32,847 nt of DNA from an uncultured bacterium (GTDB lineage Bacteria > Bipolaricaulota > Bipolaricaulia > UBA7950 > UBA9294): NCBI GenBank assembly GCA_965602415.1, contig CBFCYU010000002.1:1-32847 (forward strand), in the 5' to 3' direction. Made by a program: the position numbers and the translations under genes. Under the pieces are notes generated by a model. The model saw only the letters and a list, made by a program, of their open reading frames with translations. It did no database searches and was not told where the DNA came from. Every line of letters starts with the position of its first letter. Position 1 is the stretch's first letter. This document shows positions 23,602-32,157 of this stretch, one piece after another.

Positions 23602-24302
23602 CCGAGGGCCTCCTTCGCTTCATCGAGGACCCGGAAGATCGGGCTGGCATGGATGTTGTCGGTGCCCGCCTTGAAGTACGCGAGCGCATGTTCGAGCGAG
23701 CGCACTCCTCCGGAGACATCGATCTGGAACGTCTCTCCGAACGTTCGGCAGATGAACGCGACGTCCTCGATGCACGTGTTCCAGCCGTAACCCGAAGAGG
23801 TCTTGATCCCTCCGACACCCCCTTCGGCGTACGCTTCCAGGGTCCGAGCCAGCGCATCACGCGTCAGGATTGCGGTCTCCGGAATGACCATCACCCAGAT
23901 CTCGCCGGCCGCCGCGTCGATCATCGCCTTGGCGTCTTCGCGAACGGCATCGAAGTCGCCCGACATGATCGCGCTGAAGTTCCCGCCGATGTCGATCTCC
24001 TCCGCTCCAAGTCGCACGCCCTCCCGGATCGCGGCCACCTTGGCCTCGATCGACCAGTTGCCGACCGGATACGCCGCCTCGACACCGATTCGGATGCCGA
24101 GCGGTGAGAGGATCTCCCGTGCCAGATCGACCCACGGTTGATCGACGAAGATCGCATCAATCGGCGGGTAGTCGGCGAAGCGACGAAGAAACGCCCGGGC
24201 CTCCTCCTCGGTGGCCGCGGGAGAGAACGTCGCCGTCATCATCCGGTTGGCAAACGCCTCCGCTGTTGTCGGAGCGCCGCGCGGTTTGCGATTTCCTTCC
24301 AT
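23598..24302 (-). CDS. DeoC/LacD-family class I aldolase-like protein, paralog A (Schiff-base Lys motif present)
   Basis: C-terminal 234 aa of track ORF 23598..24596, from ATG 24302 behind GGGAGAGGAG. Motifs: GAEEIDIG, IWVMVIPET, GGIKTSSGYG, FQIDVSGGV. Its stop overlaps the paralog B start (ATGA, 23598-23601). Confidence 0.78.
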   Translation of the reverse strand: MEGNRKPRGAPTTAEAFANRMMTATFSPAATEEEARAFLRRFADYPPIDAIFVDQPWVDLAREILSPLGIRIGVEAAYPVGNWSIEAKVAAIREGVRLGAEEIDIGGNFSAIMSGDFDAVREDAKAMIDAAAGEIWVMVIPETAILTRDALARTLEAYAEGGVGGIKTSSGYGWNTCIEDVAFICRTFGETFQIDVSGGVRSLEHALAYFKAGTDNIHASPIFRVLDEAKEALG

Positions 24303-24324
24303 GATCTCCTCTCCCGATTCGCCG

Positions 24325-25854
24325 CTAGTCGGCCATCTCCCGCTGCATCGCCACGAGCTCCCCGAACAACGGCTCCAGTGCGCCATACGCCTGATTGAAG
24401 AGCGTGAATGCCCGGTCGTACGCCGATTTCCGCTCCGCGATCGGGTGATCCGTCCCGGCGATCGGCGACAGCGTCGCGGCGACGCTGAAGTCATCGAACA
24501 CGCCGACGCCCACGCCGGCACACACCGCGGCACCGAGAGAGGTCGCGAACTCACCGCTCTCGAGCCGCTCGATCGGAATCCCCAGCATGTCTGCAAGCGC
24601 TTGGCAGAGCACCGGGTTCCGGATTCCCCCGCCGATCATCCGCAGAGAGTCCAGCTGCCCGCCTTGTTCGGTCAGCGCCTCGAAGATGATACGCAAGTTG
24701 AACCCTACTCCCTCGAGGACGGCACGCACGAGGTCTCCTGCTCCGTGGCTGCGCGCAAGGCCGACAAACGCGCCACGCGCATCCTCATTCCAGTGTGGAC
24801 TCCGCTCGCCGATCAGGTACGGAAGGAACAACAAGCCATGCGCGCAGGCGGGCGACGACGATGCCCACCGGTTGAGGAACGCGTACCCCTCGTCCGTCGT
24901 CTTTCCCAGCTCCTCGGGGAAGAAGACCTCTCGGATCCAATCGTACGAGCCGCCGGCGCTCTGCATCGTGCCGACAGGCATGTAGAGGTTCGGCTCGAGG
25001 TGACAGAGGTTGAACGTTCGCATCCCCGGATCGAACACCGGTTCACTCGTCGCAATCGCGATCCAAGACGAGGATCCGAGGTAGTTGTACCCTTCATTGG
25101 CGCGGATCACACCCGCGCCAACTGTAGCGCAGGCCCCGTCCCCTCCGCCGAGGACGACGGGAACGCCTTCGATATCCACTCCGTCCGCCACCTTCACCGG
25201 TCCGATCACGGTTGACGATGGCAACGCCTCGGGAAAGAGTCGTCCGGGAATCCCGCCGGCCGAGAGGAGATCATCGCTCCATGCCTTGGTGGAAAGGTCG
25301 AAGGCGTTGGTCGCTGAGGCGTCCGAGTAGTCGGTGGCGAACCGGCCGGTCAGACGCGCGACGATGTAGTCCTTCGATTGCAGCACGAACCGCGTCTTCG
25401 CGTAGATCTCGGGCTCGTTGTCCCGAATCCACATGATCTTCTCGAGTGTGTAGTTGGGGTTGGGTCGCGTGCCGGTGATGCGGTAGATCTCCTCCGGCGT
25501 CATCGACCGCAGCAGCGAGGCCACTTGGTCGCTCGATCGCGTGTCCGCCCAGATGATCGCACGCCGCAGGGCCCTTCCCGATTCATCGACCGGGACGCAA
25601 CCCATCATGTGCCCGCTGAAGCTCATCGCGGCAATCGACGACTTGGTGATCCCCGCCTGTTCCATCACCGCAGCGGATGCCCGGCAGACGGCGAGCCACC
25701 AGGCGTCGGGATCCTGTTCGACCCACCCCGGGCGGTCGTAGTACGTCGGGTAGGTTTCCAGAGCGCTGGCGACCAGGGTGCCGTTTTCGTCGAACAACGT
25801 CGCCTTGTTCCCGGTGGTCCCAAGATCGTGTGCGAGCAGGTACGCGCTTGCCAT
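24325..25854 (-). CDS. FGGY-family carbohydrate kinase (xylulokinase-like), copy 2
   Basis: 509 aa. LLAHDLGTTGNKATLF, GWVEQDPDAWW, VVLGGGDGACATVGAG, RMIGGGIRN. Clear paralog of the 9413..10981 kinase. Confidence 0.9.
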   Translation of the reverse strand: MASAYLLAHDLGTTGNKATLFDENGTLVASALETYPTYYDRPGWVEQDPDAWWLAVCRASAAVMEQAGITKSSIAAMSFSGHMMGCVPVDESGRALRRAIIWADTRSSDQVASLLRSMTPEEIYRITGTRPNPNYTLEKIMWIRDNEPEIYAKTRFVLQSKDYIVARLTGRFATDYSDASATNAFDLSTKAWSDDLLSAGGIPGRLFPEALPSSTVIGPVKVADGVDIEGVPVVLGGGDGACATVGAGVIRANEGYNYLGSSSWIAIATSEPVFDPGMRTFNLCHLEPNLYMPVGTMQSAGGSYDWIREVFFPEELGKTTDEGYAFLNRWASSSPACAHGLLFLPYLIGERSPHWNEDARGAFVGLARSHGAGDLVRAVLEGVGFNLRIIFEALTEQGGQLDSLRMIGGGIRNPVLCQALADMLGIPIERLESGEFATSLGAAVCAGVGVGVFDDFSVAATLSPIAGTDHPIAERKSAYDRAFTLFNQAYGALEPLFGELVAMQREMAD

Positions 25855-25870
25855 GTCCCCCCCTCGAAGC

Positions 25871-26908
25871 TCAGGCCGTCAGGTCGATCGTCACCTTGAT
25901 CCCGTCCTGCGACGAGACCGTGTCGAACCCTTCCTGGAACGCATCGAGTCCCGGAATCACGTGCGTGACGTAGTCCGACAGATCGATCTCTCCCGAGTCG
26001 ACCAACCCGACCACCTCGTCGTGCACCGCCGCCTCGTCCTCGAACGTCGGCCACTGCACGAACTGAATCGCCCAATTGTACGGCGCTTCCTCCCAATCGA
26101 TCTGCGCACTCGTTTCGGCCGCGATCCCGTAGATGCCGACCTTCCCGTTGAACTTCACGATCTTCAGGCTATCGGTCATCAGGCGGTTGATCCCCACCGC
26201 ATCGATGACGAAGTCGAACCCGTCGGGCTCGATCCCCTTGGCCTTCGCGAGAAGATCCTCGGCGGTCGGATCGATTACGACGTCCGCGCCCAGCTTCGCC
26301 GCTCGTCCGCGACGATCGGCGTTCGGTTCACTCACGACAATCGGTCCGGCGCCCTTCAGCTTAGCGAAGCGGACCATCGACAGACCGACCGGTCCAGCGC
26401 CGTGGATCAACACGGAGGCTCCCGAATCCACGCCGAATCGCTGCAACCCTGAGAGGACCTCCTTCAGCGTGATCAGCATGACGGCCTGATGCGGGTCAAG
26501 GTGCGCCGGCACGACCTGCTGCGCGAGGTAAATATCGTAGTAGTCTTCCCTACCGTCAGTCTTCATCGCCGCGATGTCCCCGACGACGCCATACTCCGCG
26601 AAGCTTCCCCAGCCCGAGGCGTACTTCTCATCCTCGACCTTCTCCAGGATCGAGCGGAGCACAAGATCCCCCGGCTTGAAGGAAGTGACCTTCGCGCCGA
26701 CCTCGACGACACGACCGACGCTCTCGTGGCCGAGGACCGCCGGATACGTGTCAAACCCCTTGAAGCTGGCGTGGATCAGCTTGAAGTCGGTCCCGTTGCA
26801 GATGCCGCAACTGAGGTTCTGCACCAGTGCACCGTAGTCCCCGATCACTGGCTTCGGGAGCTGCTCGACCTTCATTGTTCCATCCTGGTAGACGACAAGA
26901 CCCTTCAT
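25871..26908 (-). CDS. zinc-dependent medium-chain dehydrogenase (polyol/sugar alcohol dehydrogenase-like)
   Basis: Track ORF 25871..26950. ATG 26908 behind AAGGAGGGA. Motifs: CGICNGTD, LGHESVGRVVEVG, Rossmann VLIHGAGPVG. I see no structural-zinc Cys-rich loop. Confidence 0.85.
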   Translation of the reverse strand: MKGLVVYQDGTMKVEQLPKPVIGDYGALVQNLSCGICNGTDFKLIHASFKGFDTYPAVLGHESVGRVVEVGAKVTSFKPGDLVLRSILEKVEDEKYASGWGSFAEYGVVGDIAAMKTDGREDYYDIYLAQQVVPAHLDPHQAVMLITLKEVLSGLQRFGVDSGASVLIHGAGPVGLSMVRFAKLKGAGPIVVSEPNADRRGRAAKLGADVVIDPTAEDLLAKAKGIEPDGFDFVIDAVGINRLMTDSLKIVKFNGKVGIYGIAAETSAQIDWEEAPYNWAIQFVQWPTFEDEAAVHDEVVGLVDSGEIDLSDYVTHVIPGLDAFQEGFDTVSSQDGIKVTIDLTA

Positions 26909-26963
26909 CGCGTTCCCTCCTTGTTGGTGCACACTCCTATGATCGGGCACGTCTTCGGGCGAC

Positions 26964-28397
26964 TTACCACGCCCGACGCTGAAGATAATTCCGGTACGGG
27001 ACCCGCTCCAGCGGCTTGATATCCATCCAGGCGGCGAATTCCAGCACCGCCTCGCTCAAGTCTCCCATCGCCAGAGGGAAGTGGTGCTCGAATCCATTGA
27101 CCACAACCGTGTTGGTGAAGTCGAGCGCAGAGACTGGCTCTTCCCCGCGCATCTTGAACTTGCCGACCCAGCCCCGGGTGCCCCGCGGGCTCGGCTTCGT
27201 GTCCCCGACCGTTTCGCCGGTCGCAAGCAGCAGTCGATTGCCCCCGTCGGTCAGGCGCATCAGGGTAAACGGCGTCTGTTTCAGCACCATGTCGAACGCC
27301 GCCGGCGCTGGACCGACCTGCCCGTCGTCACCCGCAGCCTCGATGATCGAATGGCGGCACTGAATGCAGTTCTCCGTCCAGCATGGGTGTCCGACGCCGC
27401 AATGCCAGAGCAGGATCGTGTCGTCCTCTGGATCGAGCGCAGACAGGTCCATCAGCACCGGCCGATCTCCGCCCATCGCCTTGAGGATCGCCATTGAGAC
27501 GGCGCTCGGCACGTCACCCTCGCACGCCGCAACGTATCCCTTCTGATTGAGTCGGCCGAGCGTGGTGCACGCCGTCAAGCCGTACAGCGCCTGGAAGTGC
27601 GGCCAGCATGCAATGCCCACCCCCGTGTAGTCGTTCTCCTCGATCAGGCGCTCGAACACCCTATAGACCCGCGCGAGCTTCATGAACTCGGCGGCCGACA
27701 CACCCTCGGCGGGAACCTCCGCCTGAATCTCTTCGGAAACCTTCGCAACCTCCGCTTCCGGCAGTGCGTCCGCCTGCGCGAGAAGCTCAGTCAGCTCGTG
27801 CCTGTCGACGGTGATGTCGAACTTCGATCGCAGCCGCCCGTCGTTCCAGTAGACGTCGTAGTACCCCTCCGGCGTTCCGCCAACGTTGGCGAACTTCGCT
27901 CCGTCGAGCGTCTTGATCGCCTTGAGCGCTCGGATCGTCGGATCGAATCGCTTGAGGAAGATGTCACTGTCCGGCAATCCGAAGTACCACTTGTACCTGA
28001 CGTTTCGCTCAGCGAGGTACGTGCCGAGAATGCCAGCGTAGAGATTCACCCCGCACAGCGAATTCAACCGCAGCGAGCCACCGGTGGTCTCCGGCTCAGG
28101 CATCGCCCACAGACCGAGCGGAACCCCAAGATCGGCGAACGCAGCGACGATCTCTCCACCGGCGAACGAGCAAGACTGAAGCAACATCATGTCGACGTCG
28201 GCCGTCCGCAGTTCGTCGCGAAACGCCGTACAGACATCGACGTTGTTCGTCGCAGCGGGCGCTGCGATCAGCTCGAAGCCCCATTCCTGCCCCAGTTTCC
28301 CGAGCGTATCGACCGCGCCGCGGTACAGCTCTTGCGAGAGCGCCTCGTCGAAGCAGTCATACCAGACGCCGGCGATTCCGATCTTCAGTTTGGACAC
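26964..28397 (-). CDS. L-fucose/L-arabinose isomerase-family sugar isomerase (unknown specificity)
   Basis: 477 aa, GTG start behind GAAGGAGG. N-terminal flavodoxin-like swivel region (KIGIAGVWYDCFDE), central ACEGDVPSAVSMAILKAM and C-terminal NGFEHHFPLAMGD. These resemble the FucI/AraA catalytic-domain metal-binding regions. Confidence 0.7.
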   Translation of the reverse strand: MSKLKIGIAGVWYDCFDEALSQELYRGAVDTLGKLGQEWGFELIAAPAATNNVDVCTAFRDELRTADVDMMLLQSCSFAGGEIVAAFADLGVPLGLWAMPEPETTGGSLRLNSLCGVNLYAGILGTYLAERNVRYKWYFGLPDSDIFLKRFDPTIRALKAIKTLDGAKFANVGGTPEGYYDVYWNDGRLRSKFDITVDRHELTELLAQADALPEAEVAKVSEEIQAEVPAEGVSAAEFMKLARVYRVFERLIEENDYTGVGIACWPHFQALYGLTACTTLGRLNQKGYVAACEGDVPSAVSMAILKAMGGDRPVLMDLSALDPEDDTILLWHCGVGHPCWTENCIQCRHSIIEAAGDDGQVGPAPAAFDMVLKQTPFTLMRLTDGGNRLLLATGETVGDTKPSPRGTRGWVGKFKMRGEEPVSALDFTNTVVVNGFEHHFPLAMGDLSEAVLEFAAWMDIKPLERVPYRNYLQRRAW

Positions 28398-28435
28398 GGT
28401 GCCTCCTTCGGCAATCCCTCGGTATCGCGAATCAC

Positions 28436-29425
28436 CTACGCAGTCTTCCTCTGTCTCACGCGGTCAATAACGACAGCGGCCACGACGAGCGTACCAATGA
28501 GGATCTGTTGGTAGAACGGCGACACGCCGACCAGATTGGCTCCGTTGCGGAGCACCCCGAGGAACAGCGCGCCGATGAGCGTCCCGACCATGCCCCCGCG
28601 GCCGCCGAAGAAACTCGTCCCTCCGATAACGACCGCCGAGATGACGTCCAACTCCCAGCCGGTCGCCGCCGCCGGCCAGGCTGAACGAGTGCGCGAAGCG
28701 AGGATGATCCCGGCGAAGCCGGCCAGCGTGCTACACAAGATGAAATTGGTGATCCGGTATCGATCGACCTTGATCCCGGACAGTCGCGCCGCCTCTTGAT
28801 TGCCTCCGATGGCGTAGACTGCCCGTCCGTAGGGGGTTCTCGTCAGCACCAGATACCCGATCACCATGAACACCGCGAAGACGATGACGGGAGCGGGAAT
28901 CGGCCCCACCATCCCCCCGCCTAGAGCACCGAACGACTTCGGCAGGTTCCCGATCGAGAGTCCTCTGGTATAGACGAGTGCCATGCCTCGCGCGATGGAC
29001 ATCATACCGAGGGAGACGACAAAAGAATGGACCTTCGACTTGGTGATGATGATCCCCATCACCCATCCCATCAGCGCAGCGACAGGGATCGGAACGAGAA
29101 TCGCCATGAGCGGAGACAAGCCCTGTCGAGCCATCAGGCCGGCGGTCAGCGCACCGCAGAACCCGGCGATGGATCCGACGGAGAGGTCGATATCCGCAGA
29201 GAGTATCACGAACGTCATTCCCACCGACATGATGCCGATCATCGAGACCTGGCGGATCACGTTGAAGATGTTGTTCACACTGAGGAAGACAGGTCGTATG
29301 CTCGCGATGACAACGCACACCAGAAGGAAGACGAAGAAGATGCTGTATTCCCTGAAGATGCGCTGGGCCGAATGCTTGGCGAAGCTTCCGATTCGTCGAG
29401 TCAGCGTCTCGCGCGTCTGTTCCAT
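28436..29425 (-). CDS. CUT2 ABC transporter permease (single membrane subunit of the second transporter)
   Basis: Track ORF 28436..29467. ATG 29425 (MEQTRETLTRRIG) behind GAGGA. Motifs: VSMIGIMSVGMTFVILSADIDLSVGSI, AIGGNQEAARLSGI. Confidence 0.88.
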   Translation of the reverse strand: MEQTRETLTRRIGSFAKHSAQRIFREYSIFFVFLLVCVVIASIRPVFLSVNNIFNVIRQVSMIGIMSVGMTFVILSADIDLSVGSIAGFCGALTAGLMARQGLSPLMAILVPIPVAALMGWVMGIIITKSKVHSFVVSLGMMSIARGMALVYTRGLSIGNLPKSFGALGGGMVGPIPAPVIVFAVFMVIGYLVLTRTPYGRAVYAIGGNQEAARLSGIKVDRYRITNFILCSTLAGFAGIILASRTRSAWPAAATGWELDVISAVVIGGTSFFGGRGGMVGTLIGALFLGVLRNGANLVGVSPFYQQILIGTLVVAAVVIDRVRQRKTA

Positions 29426-29496
29426 CCTGATGTCCTCTTGTCTCCGGTTGTTGAGCCCCAGTGGCACCCTGGCTTCTCCCTACACAGCGGTTGGAC

Positions 29497-29531
29497 GCGG
29501 GCGGGGGAACGTCAGACGCTCCCCCGCCCGC
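29497..29531 (-). terminator. intercistronic GC-rich stem-loop directly after the second binding-protein gene
   Basis: Perfect 12-bp stem, GCGGGCGGGGGA (29497-29508) with TCCCCCGCCCGC (29520-29531), and an 11-nt loop. It begins 11 nt after the SBP stop (29543), within a 117-nt gap before the permease start. No U-tract follows. Confidence 0.65.
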
Positions 29532-29542
29532 TTGGTTGTGGC

Positions 29543-30487
29543 CTAGAGATCGTAGTTCATCTCCGCCTCGGTCTCGTAGTTCGAGAGCACCAGCATCCAA
29601 GGGTTGATGTCGTAGTCGAGCACCTCCGGCAGCGTGCCGTTGATCACGTACAACGCCAGCTGCTCCATGGCGAGCCGCGCCATTTCGACCGGATACTGAA
29701 TGGTAGCATCCAATTCTCCGGCGATGAGCGCGTTCAGTCCGCCCGGAACGCCGTCGTACCCGACGACAATGACGTCATCGAAGTCGATGCCGGCATCGAT
29801 CATCGCCTGGATCGCTCCGAGTGCCGAATCGTCGTTCGCGCAGATGACTGCGTCGAAATCCCCGCCCGTCGAGGTGATCGCGTCTTCCATCACGCGAAGC
29901 CCCTCGTCCGGCGAGAACCGCCCGCTCTGCTCGTAGACGATTTCCAGTCCTGGATAGTGGACCAGCTGCGCCTTGATACCCAGCTCACGGTTGATCGCCG
30001 GCGACGAACCGAGTTCGCCGAGGATGTGAACGATCTTGCCGACGCCGTCCAGCTTGGAGGCAACGTACTCGAGCGCAAGTCGCCCGCCGAAGATGTCATC
30101 CGCTCCGACATGGAAAATGGTAGAATCCTGGTTGAAGGCCCGGCGGTCGAATGTGGCGACGGGGATCCCCGCAGCCGCAGCCGCTTCGATAACCGGCACA
30201 AGGACGTCGACGTTCAATGGGTTGACCAGAATTGCGTCAAACCCTTGGGCGATGAAGTTCTCCATGATTTCGACTTGCCGGGCCGCATCTCCTTGAGCGT
30301 TCTCAACAACCAGCTCGATCTCGTCATACTTGGCCGCCTCATCGATAACCGCCTGGTAGGCGTAGGTCATCCATGTGTAGGCGAGCGTCATGCAGGCGAA
30401 TCCTACCCGGTAGGTCGCCGCAGCTACATTGACCACGGGCACCGCGATCAAGCCGACAACGAGCAGCACTAGCAACGCACGTTTCAT
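29543..30487 (-). CDS. CUT2 sugar ABC transporter substrate-binding protein, second system
   Basis: Track ORF 29543..30517. ATG 30487 (MKRALLVLLVVGLIAVPVV...) behind AAGGAGGAAA. Type I PBP body (FDAILVNP, GIPVATFDR, VVGYDG). Signal-like N-terminus without a lipobox. Confidence 0.85.
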   Translation of the reverse strand: MKRALLVLLVVGLIAVPVVNVAAATYRVGFACMTLAYTWMTYAYQAVIDEAAKYDEIELVVENAQGDAARQVEIMENFIAQGFDAILVNPLNVDVLVPVIEAAAAAGIPVATFDRRAFNQDSTIFHVGADDIFGGRLALEYVASKLDGVGKIVHILGELGSSPAINRELGIKAQLVHYPGLEIVYEQSGRFSPDEGLRVMEDAITSTGGDFDAVICANDDSALGAIQAMIDAGIDFDDVIVVGYDGVPGGLNALIAGELDATIQYPVEMARLAMEQLALYVINGTLPEVLDYDINPWMLVLSNYETEAEMNYDL

Positions 30488-30522
30488 TAGCTTTCCTCCT
30501 TGTTGCTTAACAGTCACAAGCT

Positions 30523-32154
30523 CTACCTCTCGGTCCGTTGACGGTCACCATTCCCGCCTGCGGTCCCGGTCAGGGCCGATGCGAGGATGGCCTCCTTGGA
30601 GATGTCATCGCGAAGGAGTTCATCGACGATGCGCCCCTGCCGTAGAACGTAGACGCGGTCACACACGTCAACCAGCTCTTCGACCTCGGAAGAAATGATG
30701 AGAACACCAGCGCCTTCCTCGGCGAGCACTCTCACCAGACCGTAGATCTCCGATTTCGCACCCACATCGATTCCCCGTGTCGGTTCGTCAAACAGGAAGA
30801 TCCTCGCGCTTGAGCACAACCAACGAGCAACGACAACCTTCTGCTGATTCCCTCCACTCAGGGCCTCAACGAGTTGCTGAATCCTCGTAGCCTTGATGTC
30901 CAACGACTTGACTCGTTCCATCACCTCCTTCCGTATCCGTTTGTAGTCAAGGACAAGTCCCTTCCCACGAAAACGGAAACGGCAAAATCTAGATAGAGAG
31001 GCTAGAATGATGTTGTCGCGCACACTGGAACAGAGGACCAGCCCCAACCCCTTCCGATCCTCCGGGAGGTAGCAAATTCCCTGCCGGACAGCGTGCGTCG
31101 GGGACTTGATCCGGACTGGCTTACCCGAGACATAGATCTGACCGCTATTCGATCGATCCGCACCGAAGATGGCTCGTGCCACCTCCGTTCGTCCCGATCC
31201 CATGACGCCTGCAAGCCCCACGATCTCACCGCTGCACACGCGCAGGCTCACATCCTCGAACACGCCGTTGCGGGTCAGGTTCTCGACGCGGAGACGCTCT
31301 GCGCCCGCCTCACATGCCGGGCGCGGATTGCCGCGGGCAGCCACAGCTCGACCGACCATCAGCTGGACAAGATGCTCCATGGACGCGTCCTCAACGCGCA
31401 GGGTTTCTTCTCGCCGGCCGTCCCGCATCACCGTGACCCGATCGGCGATTTCGCCGACTTCTTCGAGGCGATGAGAGATGTAGATGATGGCGCAGCCGCG
31501 CTCCTTCATTTGATGAACCACCCGGAACAGCTCCTCGATCTCTCTGGAGCTCAGCGCGGCCGTCGGCTCGTCCATGATGTAGATCTCGGATTCCAGCGAG
31601 AGGGCCTTCGCAATCTCCACCATCTGCTGTTTCGCGACGCCGAGGCGCCGAACCGGAATCGTCGGCGGGATGTTAACCTGCAGATCTCCGAGGATTCGTT
31701 CCGTGGTTCGATTCATCGCCTTTCGATTGATGAGTCCCCGCGTCAGAAATCGCTTGCCTCGCGGCAGGTGTCCCAAAGAGACGTTCTCGGCCACCGACAG
31801 ATCCGGAACGAGGTTGTACTCCTGATAGATGGTAGCGATGCCGAGACGCTGAGCATCGCGCGGCGAACCGATCTCGACCGGCTCGCCACGAAGGCGAATG
31901 TCGCCCTCATCCTTGCGGTATACGCCGGAGAGAATCTTGATCAGCGTCGACTTGCCCGCCCCGTTGGCTCCGAGAAGCGCATGGACCTCGCCCGGGCGGA
32001 CGTCGAAGTCGACATGATCGACCGCCAGCACGCCGGGGAACTGCTTCAGGATCCCCTTCATCTGCACGAGATGCCCGTTGGACTGCGCCGGGACCGAAGG
32101 GCCGCTCGATGCGGTTCTCACGCCGGACTCCTTACCTCTACGTTCGCTGTCCAT
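30523..32154 (-). CDS. CUT2 sugar ABC transporter ATP-binding protein (fused double ATPase), second system
   Basis: 543 aa. Walker A GANGAGKSTL, signatures LGVAKQ and LSGGNQQKV, Walker B IYIMDEPT and IFLFDEPT. ATG lies 3 nt after the upstream UTRA gene stop. Confidence 0.9.
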   Translation of the reverse strand: MDSERRGKESGVRTASSGPSVPAQSNGHLVQMKGILKQFPGVLAVDHVDFDVRPGEVHALLGANGAGKSTLIKILSGVYRKDEGDIRLRGEPVEIGSPRDAQRLGIATIYQEYNLVPDLSVAENVSLGHLPRGKRFLTRGLINRKAMNRTTERILGDLQVNIPPTIPVRRLGVAKQQMVEIAKALSLESEIYIMDEPTAALSSREIEELFRVVHQMKERGCAIIYISHRLEEVGEIADRVTVMRDGRREETLRVEDASMEHLVQLMVGRAVAARGNPRPACEAGAERLRVENLTRNGVFEDVSLRVCSGEIVGLAGVMGSGRTEVARAIFGADRSNSGQIYVSGKPVRIKSPTHAVRQGICYLPEDRKGLGLVLCSSVRDNIILASLSRFCRFRFRGKGLVLDYKRIRKEVMERVKSLDIKATRIQQLVEALSGGNQQKVVVARWLCSSARIFLFDEPTRGIDVGAKSEIYGLVRVLAEEGAGVLIISSEVEELVDVCDRVYVLRQGRIVDELLRDDISKEAILASALTGTAGGNGDRQRTER

Positions 32155-32157
32155 GCC

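Noticed and set aside
19418-32154. Sulfoquinovose (sulfo-TAL or sulfo-EMP-like) degradation as the function of the 14-gene operon
   Set aside because: The idea was tempting because of the transaldolase-like, isomerase, aldolase and reductase genes. However, I see no sulfoquinovosidase (GH31), no sulfolactaldehyde dehydrogenase, and no sulfonate or sulfite exporter. Nothing in the sequence points to a sulfonated substrate.
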